A DNA stretch of 64,000 nucleotides, from NCBI GenBank assembly GCA_964057225.1, contig OZ059897.1, positions 6,386,001 to 6,450,000 on the forward strand. Direction: 5' to 3'. The position numbers were made by a program, and so were the translations under genes. Numbering within the stretch: position 1 is the stretch's first letter; every line of letters begins with the position of its first letter. Source of the stretch: Auanema rhodensis. Its lineage: Eukaryota; Animalia; Nematoda. The notes below the pieces were generated by a model. It saw only the letters and a list, made by a program, of their open reading frames with translations. It was not told the origin of the DNA and searched no databases. Shown here in pieces: positions 37,715-51,051 of the stretch.

Positions 37715-40458
37715 TCTCTCTCAACCATCTTATACGAATTCCTCTTTTCTCACAGAATTTGATCGAAAATGATACTTTCAGTACTATCTCCGGAATTATT
37801 GTTTTACACAAGTTACATGGGATAACAGTAGCATTGGATCTGAATGTACAGATGCTAAAGTTCATGATGTCATTCGATTACAAACGCCAGCGTAGGATGT
37901 TCTTCGGAAACTATTTGAAAACATAAAACTAACTTTGTTCAGAATACGATATTTCGGTAATCCATATGCATTCAGCTATTCATTTGCTTGGTGGAATTGG
38001 GCTGATTGGGAAAGAATGTTGGACTGGATGGCTTTAAGTAAGTTTTCTTTGTCGTTCAGCCAATATTGAACAGCTTTTACATATCGTAAATAAAGCTTTA
38101 TTTCGAAGTAATTATGTGAATATAGCTTTCACCTTGTATATTTGCAAATTGAATTGAAAATTTGGATCAAAACATCAAGTTATTCTTGTGAAATTCGTTG
38201 ATATGATATCATTTGCAAATGCTTATTTTCTTAAATTTCAGATGGATTTAATATGGCTCTCATGCCAATTGGACAAGAAGCACTATGGAGAGATGTTTAT
38301 ATGAGTATGGGAGTTACAAGAGCAGATTTGGACAAATTCTTTACTGGTCCAGCATATTTAGCATGGTATTGTAGTTGACACATTTTCATTTTCTTCCAAA
38401 AACTAAAAATAAACTATGAGCCATTTCCTACAACGGCAATTCACAAATTCAATGAATCTATTTCAGGAATCGGAATGGAAAATTGAAGAATTGGGGCGGT
38501 AAACTAACTGACGAATTCATGGATTCACAGTTGGATTTAGCAAAAAAGATAATTGCCAGAATGAATGATCTTGGAATCATCCCAGTACTTCCCACATTCT
38601 CAGGTGTTGTTCCTGATAGTATGGAAAGGTATTTCACACTCAAGATACTAAAACCATAAGAATTTTCTGCTCAGTTTTCTTCCGGATCAAAGCTATAATC
38701 GAAATATGTGTTGGAGTTCTTTTAACGAAGATCAGACTTGTTTACTTTCCATTCAACCTACATCAGGTTTATTCCAAGAAATTGCAGATAATTTCATTAA
38801 AAAGGTTCGCTTCAACTACTGATTATCCTGAATATCTTGTTATGTTGAAATACTCTTAAACAAATTCATTATTATATTACTAAAATCTATTTTTTATTCT
38901 TTTAAAGATTATCGGCAGATCTCTCACTTCAAATTTTCAGCAACAAGAAGCATTTGGACTATCAACTCATATCTACAGTGCAGATCCATATGTGGATATG
39001 AAATCCGTATCAGACATACGACAACTGAAGTTATTGGCCAAATCAATTTATACAGGATGTGCTCATAGTGATCATCAATGTATTTGGTTCGTCAATAGCA
39101 TCAGCATGACTAAGCCTAAAAACAATACGTATTTAATCCATTTCAGGCTACTGCAATCGTCAACATTTGAAAAGTGGCCATCAAAATATGTCAAAACGTT
39201 TCTATCTGGTGTTCCGATAGGAAATCTAATAATTTTGGATCAAAAAGCCGAATATCGCTCTTTGTGGGTAGATTATAATTCGTTTTATGGGCATGCTTTC
39301 GTCTGGTGTCTTCAACACAATTCAGGAGGTAGCTCTGAATTACGAGGAAATTTACGTCATATTGAAAAGGTTTCAATTAAAAACAATGTTATAATATGAA
39401 TTATAATAATTTATAATTGTTTTTAGAGCTATCAATATGCTTTACAAGCTGAAAATACGCTTGTGGGAGGTGGATTAACTATGGAAGCAATTAATCAAAA
39501 CTATATTGTTTATCAATATATGATTGACAGAATTTGGAGAAAAGCTTCGGAACCTATTAGTATATGGTATTATACATTCATTTTTAAGAAATTTAAATAA
39601 GAAAAATACAACTCTTCTCAGGTTATCTTCATTTGTTTCATCTCGATATAGTTCTCATGATGAAACGATGCTAAAGGCTTGGAATCTGATTGTGCAATCG
39701 TTCTACTCCGAGCCACTATCAGCAAAGGATTATCCTAATTTTTCGATTTTCCTCTACGAGCGACCAAAGTTTAACCAGAGGATAAAGGTATATATCTTTC
39801 AGATGTTTTCACATAATTTGTTTATTTATTTAGTATTGGTTTGATCCAAAGTTGATTGGAATTATAGCTAACTACTTTACACAGAGTAAGGAAAGCTTAT
39901 GGCATAACAGCTTGTTCCGGTACATTTTTTTCTAACATCACTTTTGTATCTTATTCAACGTTTTTAGTATGGATTACAATGATATAATGAGAGAATATCT
40001 TCAATATGAACTGGGAAACAAGGTCATACTTCAGTTCTATGAGGGATATGGTTTGGGAGATGATGAGATGATGGAATCATCCTGCTTAGATATTCAAAAA
40101 ATGTTTAAAAAAATAAGTCAACACACCAATTATAATCTCCTTGACTATGAGAAAGCCGCTGTAAGCTTAGGATCTACGGATCTAGAACGTAAACAACTAT
40201 CAGAGAATGCTCGAGATCTTTTAACGACGTGGGGCCCAACAGGGCAAAATTTAGGTGAGACAACGGCGTTTAATTAAACTTAACGAAACAAATGCTTCAG
40301 ACTATGCTCAACGAGAATGGTCTGGCTTGATTAGTGATTATTACCAGCCAAGGTGGGCATTCTTCTGTAAATGGGCGTTATCCCATCAATATTTCAACAG
40401 CACATTTTTCAATCAAATGATCTTTGAAAGAGTGGAAGTGCCATTTGTGACAACCTGA
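37309..40458 (+). CDS. Alpha-N-acetylglucosaminidase (NAGLU, GH89)-like lysosomal protein, divergent active site
   Basis: Signal peptide MYRLILLYILVGCINS. GH89 motifs [82 protein letters not shown] and DYAQREWSGLISDYYQPRW. Confidence 0.93.
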
Positions 40459-41315
40459 TCTTTCTTATTTGTGTTAATTTTCTTGTTCCTTCAATTGTTT
40501 AGTTGAGAGCATAGAATACAGGTCAACAGCCTCTTCCAGTGGTCATCAGCATTAACTCTGATCTTCTTCGTTTCATCGAAAAATTTGATAAAATACAGAA
40601 GATTGCCGAACGCTAGCAATTCACCTAATTGTTGTAGAAACTTCAAAAAATAAAATAATCCTCAGATCACTAAACTGATTGAAAGATACAAAACGTTAGG
40701 CAAAGAACCTCTACAACACATTCGTTCTTCAACGCAACCTGAATAACTTACTGATTGTTAAATTTACTTCTTTCTTCGATCCTTTCCCTCCGTTTCTCTT
40801 CTTTCCTTGTTTTATTTAATGTCATTTTGACCTCTCTTTCTCACCCCTCTCTCTTTTTTTAATTATTTTTATCTCTCTCCATCTATCTTGCTCTCTCTCT
40901 ATCTATCTTTTGTTTTTTAAAGTAATATATATAACCATTAAAAAATAATAAACTTTTTGTTTTAATAAATTCATGTTCAACAAATGTGAAAAGACAAAAC
41001 ATTGTTTTAATAATTTTCCTTTTCTGATGTTGTATAATTAATAAAATGAAAATATTTTCATAGTAAGCTTGGTAGTTTTCTGAATTTACAATTGTACAAT
41101 GATAATTACAATAAATAAAGATTTTAATAAAGCAAAAAGAAATAAAACTTAATAAAAATCTTAATACAATAATTAATGCTATGGGATTACTCGTTTGAAT
41201 GAAAATGCAGCTTATATGTAAACGAGGATGTCCGCAACTAACCTCACAGTCGGCTGAAAATAATTCAAATATTTAATAAGTTGCTGCTTGTAAATTTTCA
41301 AAGCAATACGCTGGA

Positions 41316-44300
41316 ATGTCAGATGAGGTCGAATCAAAGGAGGCTGAAGGATGGGAAGAGTCGGACAGACCATCAGTGATTCTGTCGTTGTGTTTTAGGT
41401 TCGAACCTTAAAATGAAATATGTATTGAGGTCATTGCAGTGGCGGATTTCTTGGAGCTGCAGCTTATTACCAAGAATCAACAACTATTAAAATGCTAAGA
41501 GATATAGGAGAAGATGCTGATTATCGTACTGTTGATGCCCGTATGTCTATAGAGGATCTTTATGGTTTTGAAAAATTTAATAAACTTTTTTAGTGCTTTA
41601 TCAAATTGAACCAACTGCAATATTGTTAAATAAAGGCCAGGATATATTTTATATTCGTCATGTGTCTCAACGTTGTTAGTACTTTTAATCCAAAATAATA
41701 CAACTTATTAAACGTTCAGGTGGCGTATTAGAAATTCCTGAAAAGGATATAGAAACCGATGATGCCAATCAAGAAGGCGAAAACACTGCTGCAGGTTCCT
41801 AAAAATAATTTTTGAATACTACGGAAGAAATGCTTCAGCTTTAATCAACAGTTATTTATCTAAATGTTCATCGTATGAAAATAATGAAGACCCTGATGAG
41901 GAGGATGAAGCAGACAGTATGGATAAAGCTTCTATACATCTACTTCCAAATGCAGCTTACCGTTAGACTTAAAGTTTTATATATTTTGCAACAAAAATTT
42001 ACAGAATTTGAAGCTGCATCAAAGCGAATAACACAGTTATTTGCCAGTGAATGTTTTAGTGATTGTGAGAAATCTCTCGTTTTAAATTTCCGTTTAGATA
42101 CCAATTCTGTGAATATGGTAAGCTTTTTGTTGTTTTCATCAACTCTTATATGCGTTGCAGATTCGTGCTCTTGGAGCTCTTTTAAGGTATATGGATTCTA
42201 CTAGAACGGGCGTTGAATATGAATCTTTGAATAAAACAACCCCAGTAACCGCTATGAATACCATGGTTGTGTATGGTTTACCATTACTTCATCTCACACG
42301 ATATTCATTTTTGTAGAGAAGAAATGATGGAAATCGATTCTACAACTTACAGAGCTTTAGAAATTTTTGGGGAAAACCGAAAGAAAGAAGTGTTATATCA
42401 ATTCAATATGAAAAACAAGTTATTTAATTTTTAGATTAGTTGGAAGAAAGTTATGTCTTCTGATGGTAGGAAAGCTAGCTTGTTCAGCTTATGTAACAGA
42501 TCCAGATCAACACCTGGCAGAAATATGCTCAGGTGGTCAACGTAGTTCCCACTTCTAATGGTATAGGAATTTTCAGAAAATGGTTTGAACATCCAACTAT
42601 GAACATAGAAAGACTGAAAGAACGGCAAAATGCTATTTCGTATTTCGTACAAGTTTGTACTAAGTAATCTGTTATTTTTAATATATATATATATATTCAG
42701 GAGAGTAACTCAGACACTGTTACAACTCTTCATCAATGTTTAGGACACATTAGGAGCTTAAGAGTGCGTTCAACATGGCAAATACTATGTTTAATCTATA
42801 ATTTAGTTAATTCTACGCAGAATGAGATCTTCCAGCTGCCAAGTTCCTCACTGGGAAAACATGTTCAAGGTACGCACTTTTCAGCTTTCAACTATGTCAA
42901 TAGTTGTAGACTTTACTTTCGCTCGTTGATATTGGTCGTTGCATGAAAGAAAAAGATATTAAATTATCTATTATGAATGATAGCATGAAGTATTTTGGAG
43001 ATGAATTATCTGAAATAACTACTGTTATAGCAACATTGGTAAGAATACTCTGGATATCGGATTTGATTTCATCTTTAGTGTGATTTTGATGAATCGCGAC
43101 TAGAAAATCGACTTGTAGTTAAATCAGGCATTGATAGTGAATTGGATGAAAGTCTGAATATATCTTGTGATTATGTTTTTTTAATAAAAAATTACTTTAG
43201 TTAAACATATATATCGTCAACTACCAGCTATTCTCACTCGTGTTGCTAAGGAAGAAGCCGACCGGCTGCAAGCCGAACGATGCTCGGTTGGGTATATACC
43301 GATGGTTGGATATATACTACAGTTACCAAACAGATTTCCTGTGGAAAATTATCCTGAGTTTGATGTTTCTAGCTGGTTACATCTTTGTTTTTCAATTTCA
43401 GCCTACAACTTTTATTTTCTAATGATAATGACATCAATGTTAAAAGTGATAAAATGGAAAAATTGGATCAAGATTTAGGAGACTTGAAAATGCAGATTAT
43501 TGATAAAGAAACAACAATCATGCTCAGGTTACTTGGAAATTCTATCACGTACTTTCCATTTTTTTAAGATTACAGAAACTTATTTTAAAAGGTAGCTCGT
43601 TAATTCTTGGTGCTTGTAATGGTGCTGCTATTTTGGATGCAGTTATATCATTAGCGATGACAGCAAGATACTATGGGTTTGTTTTAGCAAAATAGGATAT
43701 GTAACTCTTGTAATCATTCAGATGGACACGCCCATCTTTAGTAACTACTCCGGTAATTGAAGCTAGCGAAGTTGTTCATCCCTTGGCTCTCTTAGTTTCG
43801 AAAAAACAGCAGTTTGTTGCTAATCCTGTCCGGTACGTTCTATTATTTTGGAACTTGAACCACTTATTTTCAGAAGCGGACAGAAATATACCAATGTCAA
43901 GATTTTTACGGGCCCAAATGCTTGTGGTAAAAGTGTTTATTTGAAACAAGTTGGAGTTCTTGCGTTTCTTGCCCACATTGGTAGTTTTGTGCCTGCTGAA
44001 AGAGCAGTCATAGGACCTATAAACCGAATAATGACTCGAATGTATACGGTGGATGGAGTTTTAGATGGAATGTCAACGTTTGCTAAAGATCTCACTCAAG
44101 TAAAAATAATATTGTCTGACCAAACTTTATAATAATTCAAGGTTGCAAGTGCTTTGAGAAGGGGAAATCAGATGTCCCTCGTCATCATTGACGAGTTCGG
44201 TAAAGGCACCATGACCGTAAGCAGAATTTAAAGTTATTTATTTGATTCATATTGTCAGGAAGTTGGACTGTCATTATTAACAAGTTCTCTAAATTATTGG

Positions 44301-45729
44301 ATTAGAAAGGGCAAAGAAGGTTGTCCTCATTTATTTGTGGCGTCCCATTTTCACGCTTTACCAAAACTGATTGAAATTGATGAATCAATAGTTTCTTTTA
44401 ACGTAGGTGAACACGAGATTAGCAAATTATTTTTGAATTCAAGACGTTGGAAGTTATACGAAGAGGAGCTCAACTTGATTTCAAATTTCGTTTAGTTGAA
44501 GGGATTGTGAATAAATCTTTTGCTGCCTATACAGCTTCTAAGATGGGCATAGAACAGAGTGTTGTGGACAGAGCCAACGAGGTAGAATGAATAAAATGAT
44601 CAGGATTCAATCCTATTTCAGGTTTATGAACTTTTGAGGAAAGGTGTTGCTCTCTCAGAAGTGAAAGCAATGCAAGAAGAAGAAGAAAAGTGTAATTGGC
44701 TCGCTGAACGGATGGATAATTTCATGTTTGTGATTATCTGTTGCAAACTATTAATCATTTATTTATTTTAGGTATGAACTTGAAACTTGGGACATAGATA
44801 ATACTTCTCTTGAACATTTGATCAGTAGAATAGAAGAAGTTTTCCTTGACGAGGATGAAACATTGACAGCTGTCGACTATAACAAGGTCCCAAAACCATC
44901 TTATTTGGAAGAAGATCTTGCATCAGAACCAAGTAGTGAGCATCAGCAATCTCAATTGCCTAGTTGTGAAGTTGATCATGATCTCAAAATTTCAGTTACA
45001 TAAAAGATTTTCAGAAAGCTAACACAGACTCATGTTCCGCCACTATGTTTCCTGACGAAAATAGTCAAGAAAAGTCCATGGAAGAAGTCTGTCATTCTGA
45101 GGTTTCAGAAAAATCTGAAAGTTCATGCCCGGAAACAGAAAGAAGCATTTTAAAGACCTTGTCATCTCGATCACGAGGGTAAGATAAGTTTTAATAATGA
45201 GTGTTCAACATGATTGTTTCAGGAATTTATCTGTTTCATTCATGATCGAAGAGAATGATACTGAGAAAAAAGTACAATTGCCACCAAGGTATCAATATCA
45301 AAAAAGAGCATTTTTACTTTTTCATCTTTAGTGAAAACGAAACTGCTTTGAATGTTACGCCTGTAAAACTAGCTGAAGAGGATATAATAATTCCCCTTTA
45401 TGATTCTGACGAGGATGATATCCTTCACCTAGATGATAATGTTTTTTTTGTTTTGTTTATAAATTGACTATGTTGACTTTTAGGCAAATATGGAATTCTC
45501 TTTTTCAAAAAATATGTCAATTTTGGATAGTGAGGTACTCACAAACTCGGAAAAAAAACTCGAAAACACAGTAAAATACTTTTTGAATCAAAAGGTTTCA
45601 ATTATGTTCTGTTTTTAGGATGTATCAAATAAAGTAGCTTTCCCGATGAAGAGAACAGTAGATTTATCTTTAATATCTTTACTACCAGGAGAAAAATCTG
45701 TACCTTTGAAGCGATTACGTTCCTGTTAA
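41316..45729 (+). CDS. msh-5: Meiotic MutS-gamma subunit MSH5
   Basis: Walker A IFTGPNACGKSVYLKQ, LAHIGSFVPA, GMSTFAKDL, Walker B LVIIDEFGKGT and SHF are present. The N-terminus lacks the mismatch-binding domain I. More than 25 short exons and an acidic C-terminal tail ending KRLRSC*. Confidence 0.95.
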
Positions 45730-45874
45730 ATTAATACATATAATAATAATAATAATTATAGTCTGAAATATTGTTCTGTGAAAATAATAAATTTGTATTC
45801 CGTTACAATGTTTTCTCAAGTTTTCCACGTATGCGCCACGTGACCAAGTTGCAGCGTTTTCATTTTGTCTAAGC

Positions 45875-47023
45875 ATGATTACGTATTGGTCAGCTTTGTG
45901 TTTTTTATTATTTGTTACTGCGGTAAATGCTGATGGAGAAAGAAGAATAGGTTGAACTATATTTTTTACTTTATTACAAGTTGGATTTTAAAGGTGGAGC
46001 GTGTGTTAACGCTTTGAGAGGATGGTTCTCCCAAAAAGCAGTATCGCTCGACGATGAGCCAGATAGAAACATTGCTACAGTCGATGCAGGCGGTAATGTA
46101 AATTTTCATAAACCAGAGACATCTGCAGCTTTAACTGTAAGAATAAGCGGTTGAGATTAATGTTCAAATACTGTTTAATTTAGTTTGGTTTTGACCAAGG
46201 AATATATACATACGCTTATGCGGGTAAAACTGAATTAACTGTTTTAAGGTAAAAGTAATTATTCTGTATGTGTTTTATTGGTTTGTTTTAGAGTTTACAA
46301 AAAATCTAATCAAGTTAAAAGTGTATTATGTACGTTTGCTTATCCAGATGGAATTTATTCAAAATATCTTCTTAAAAATCTTAGTTGTACTATTAATAAC
46401 GCAAGGTATGAACACTAGCTATTCGATAATTTCTACCTTCTCAATAGGACTAAATCTATCTTTCGTCTTTATGCTCTTGAACAAAATCTTCCTCAAATGG
46501 CTGAAACTGCTGCTGTACCCTGTAAAAATTTGGATCATATGATTTCCTATCGTGCACTTGAAACATATACATTTATTCCTTTGAACCGGCACGTGAGTTT
46601 GTTGAAACTTTTGTCAGATGTGAAACCGTTCAAAAAGTTTGTATCTCTTTTTGATTTGCTTTTACACTATAACAATTTCAGCTCAGAAACTTATGCTTTT
46701 CTGGCTGCTTCAACATTTTTTGCATTAGCTGTTGCCTTGTGGCTGTGCACTGCCTTTGCATTAAACAATCGCTTCAAATCTCATGTTCTAGATAAATGTT
46801 ACAAAATTGTTCAACAAATCAAGAACGGCAGTAAGCTTTGCATTTTTCTTTAACTGATATTTTTCAAATTAAAGTTGCGCGTGATATGACTCAAGTTGGC
46901 ACAGCTCGGGAAACAGAGTGGAGTACAGGTGGTGGTGGTGGTACCTACACATGCACTGCTGGTACAACAGCTGTTACAAAGGGAACAAGAACTGGGACAA
47001 CAGCTCCTGTAACATCATTCTAA
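45875..47023 (+). CDS. Unknown type I membrane protein with Thr/Gly-rich cytoplasmic tail
   Basis: Signal peptide MITYWSALCFLLFVTAVNA, several in-frame short exons, TM YAFLAASTFFALAVALWLCTAFAL, tail ...WSTGGGGGTYTCTAGTTAVTKGTRTGTTAPVTSF*. Confidence 0.7.
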
Positions 47024-47147
47024 GATCTGATTTAATCATAATAATTCATTTAATGTCATTGTTATTAACCTATCTAAATTAAACTATTTTTATTAAAATT
47101 CTTTATCTTTAAATACAATTCAAAATAAAATAACTAAATTCACGAGT

Positions 47148-47994
47148 TTAATTGAAAATTTTTGTTTTTTCTTGTTCATGTACAGCACATAACATTTCAA
47201 AACGATCTGGTGGTAAATTGTTTGATCCTAATTGCCGGAGAAGCATGTTGATTACAATTTTCTGATATAGTTTGGTAAGTTAATTCATAAAATTTCTTAT
47301 ACCTTTCCATTTTGAATAGAAGTATATACACTATCATGCTCATAAAAAGTTCCTATATATTTAGGTTTAGATGTATTTCTGCGATCTCTATAAATAAAAA
47401 TCATTAAGCGAAATCGTTGAGCTATGATGGCTTACGGCTTATCAAGTACCAAAAGGCCACCGTTATATGCTACAGGCTCTACACATAAAGACTTTTTTTT
47501 CAAATACTGTAGAAGATTAGTTCTTTTCATTCTGATGAGAAAAAAAGAAGGATAACAGTGAAAACCGAAAATCAACTTACTGATAATGGTTCATATGCAA
47601 GAGTAAAAACATTGAGCTATTACCGCATTTCTTAGAGTGATAGTATTGGGAGAAGAACTCAGCACAATTTGTCTTAGTATCATATTCAGCGAAAACGCCA
47701 CGATTTTGTTCATCAAAGCTAAAGCAGTTTAATCCTTCAACTGATCAGAACTTAAAACAATCTCACAATAATGCTATTGGTTTAAAAACATTTTTTCCTA
47801 TCTCAGTGTTATCAATTACTATTTGATATCTGCTCCCCTCCTTTTCCGCAACCGGGACAGCAATCTATAATATTCATAATATCATCATATATATATAAAT
47901 CAAAAGAATTTAAAGATACAAATAGAAAGAATAATGAAATTATTTCTAACCGGATATAGAAATGAGCCTTTAGCTTGTATTGAAAGTATGGCAT
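47148..47994 (-). CDS. Unknown ~200-aa Cys-containing protein, possibly secreted; start uncertain
   Basis: Five exons join in frame through GT-AG introns: ...DCCPGCGKGGEQISN|IEGLNCFSFDEQNRGVFAEYDTKTNCAEFF...|MKRTNLLQYLKKKSLCVEPVAYNGGLLVLDKP|DRRNTSKPKYIGTFYEHDSVY...|...RFEMLCAVHEQEKTKIFN*. Confidence 0.6.
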
Positions 47995-48577
47995 AGCATA
48001 CGAGAAAAAACAACCGCTTTAACATATCGAAAAAAATTAAATGAGATCATTGAGCATCATTTTTTAAAAAAAATAATTTAAAAATCGATATTGAATACGA
48101 ATCTTTAACGTATTAATTGAATGAAGCGGATGATTTACAAGGAATAATCTAGGATTCCCCCTACTCAATTTATAATTTTTTTAAATACCAATTACATTAA
48201 GAATGAAAGCTCATATGTCATTGTTTTTTCGGTTCAAAATTCAAACAAATGTATAATAAAAAGGATAAAAGGATAAGAAAGAAAAAGAACAGAAAAAATA
48301 GAAAATAGAAAATCTTTATTAAAGACATTTAAACAAGAAACAAATTATTTTCTTCAATATTTGAATAATAATAATAATAATAAATATATTTATACCCGTA
48401 TCAATAACATTGTGGCAATTTGTATTGAGATATTAATAATTTTAATATTAAAATTATTATATAATTTAAATAAAAATTACTCTAGAAAAGAGATGACGAT
48501 ATAGCATGTATGAGAGTTTGTGACACTGTAGCTTATAGTAGCAAGTACGACAGTTTCCTACTTTTGCGAGATTTTCT

Positions 48578-51051
48578 TCAAACTATATCAACTGTGAGCT
48601 GACTGTTCATTAGCATAAGCTTTTGTTTTCCAATGTGTGGACTATTTGGAACATCTTGGCTAACTGTACTCGATTTAGGTGAAGCCTGTAAGTAATGAAG
48701 TTTATAAAAAACTTTGAAAAGTTTGTTCTGCTTACTTGAGTTAGTGATTGTGGTTGAGGATCATCTAGTGATCCTGCTAAGCTGCTTCTATATGATATTG
48801 ATTGAAGTACTCGCATTGATGAAGTCATCTAAATGTCAAATGTTAAAAAATATTCTGAACGAAAATGAATTAAGTTTGATTACCTGCTTACGTAAGCTTC
48901 GATGGGATGGTGATGTAGCATGTGACATTGTGGATCGTTTTCGACGTTCTGTAGCAAATCTGAAACAAAGTATTATGTATAAGTCACGAAACAAGCTTAT
49001 TCTACCTGATTAGATTCCGTAAATCCCGATTCATTGCCGCATAGAAGATCCAATCTCCAGCAGCACTAACATACGTAGCCCAGTTTGCAAAAAAGATTAT
49101 CCATCGTATGGAACTAAAAACAAATGAAAGTCGAGATAACACAAGGTGTTTTTTTCGTGAAACATACGAAAAATCTTTGAAGTTATCAAACATCCTAATA
49201 GAAGCTGTCAAATCAGATACCATACTGGCATCAGGAATAAATTGAACAACACAGAAAGGTAGCCAACATAGAGCATGGAAGCAAGCCACACGAACGATTG
49301 CTGATGTCATCTGCCGCATATATCGAGGTTCCGATACCAATGACTCACGTTGACGTGTATGAGCAACAACTAGAATTAATATACAGACACATGTATATAT
49401 TCACATGCCAAATCTTACCTCTGGCACGTCTTTTGATGAATTTTCTTCGAACATGACGAACAATTTGCCCATAATTCACACAGATGGTAGTTAGATTGGC
49501 AGCAAATGCCAAGGCTGTCAGATAGGCTCCAAGACGAGGTACCCAACGACCACGATAGGAACGCACACAGTTCAGACCGTCCGAAGAGACGGATACAGAA
49601 CTAACCTGTAATACAATTCTCATTTAATGCTTGAATTATTTGAAATCAATACTTGAAGCAGGACAGCTGAGAGGATCATGGTGAAGAAGCCAAGTGCTGC
49701 AATAGGTGTCATTCGCACTACGCGCTTTCGTATCTATAATAAGGGATTTTACAATTATTTTATATAAGAAATCTAAACAAACTTGACTACAAAATGGTTT
49801 TCTTATTGTAATATATCGTTCAATGCTTATGCATGACAAAACACATAACGACGACATTTTGAGTGCATTTTCCAGTATGAACATGACCCGACAACTATTT
49901 GCATCTAAAAATATAATAATTAGAACATAAATTAATAGATATATTTAAAGAATACAATTACTATGCTATTGTATCATATTTTTAACTTTTTATTAAATTT
50001 GTTGATGAAAAACAAAATGTTAAATCAAGTAAAACACCCTAGGCTTGTATCAATGAAAATCATATTATTCCTTTAATTACAACTTCCTAATTTACATAAC
50101 ATTCTCTTTATATTTATATATATATATATATATATATATCTTATAATATAAAAATATTTTAAAAGATTAAGATATAAATTTCGAAAAAAATCTAAAACAA
50201 TCGCAGTTTTTGAGATTATGTTGTCATCAATCAGCCTTGTGTCCTAAGGCTGCTAATCTGCGTTGAGCAGATTTTGAATATATGAGCTACTCGTCGTGTA
50301 TTCTAACTTTACGCTTTTCAATCGACAGTCAAGAAAAGGAAAATCATTGGATGAAAATTATATATATTTGCTAACCAGATAATCACTTGAGATATCTGTT
50401 GATAATAAGAATTTTATACTTACTTATGACGAAAATATTAATTCGTTTCAACGCTTTTTTTCTGGATTAATTATAGTTTTATGCAAAATAAACTCGTGTT
50501 ATCGCAATTATGCAGACAAAAAATGGAAGAAAATGAAAGAATTAGGTAAGTTATCTTAGCATAAGGACTATATATATATAATACTTTTGCAAGAAATCAA
50601 AAATATAACTTCCAAAACTTATAAACATATTACGTGCATAATTATAAATAAAAAATATACGAAGTTATTGCAGAAGAAACAAAAGCATTGTAGTTATTCA
50701 AAAAATTTTGTAATTAATAAACAAATTTTGTGAACAAAAACTATATAAAAAATGAGTAACATACCAAGCATGAAATGTGGAAGAATGAGATAAAGTGATC
50801 GAACCAATAAGGCCATAAGTACGGTTAGATCAACTATAGCTAATACGGAAATATAGGCTCGTAATCGATCGGACGGCGAGCTATTGCCCATTAAACTTCT
50901 AAAAAAAGATTCGATATACATGAAGAATTTGTGTATATCTTTACCTAGGTTTACGACTTCTGGCTACTGAGCACACTACCCATACGTTTCCGAGTATGCC
51001 GCAGAGTACTGTACTTAGGTAGAGACCAGCAGCTAGATAGGGTCCTAGCAT
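48578..51051 (-). CDS. Class A (rhodopsin-like) GPCR, neuropeptide-receptor type
   Basis: TM1 GILGNVWVV, TM2 LAIVDL, TM3 CISIERY, TM6 HALCWLPFC, TM7 SAAGDWIFY with helix 8 NRDLR, and a Ser/Thr-rich C-tail ending TVDIV*. ATG at 51051, with an upstream tttcag acceptor near 51100. Confidence 0.9.

Noticed and set aside
1-40458. Heparan sulfate synthesis (EXT) and degradation (NAGLU) genes in one window as a functional cluster
   Set aside because: They are 36 kb apart with unrelated genes between them; coincidence is sufficient.
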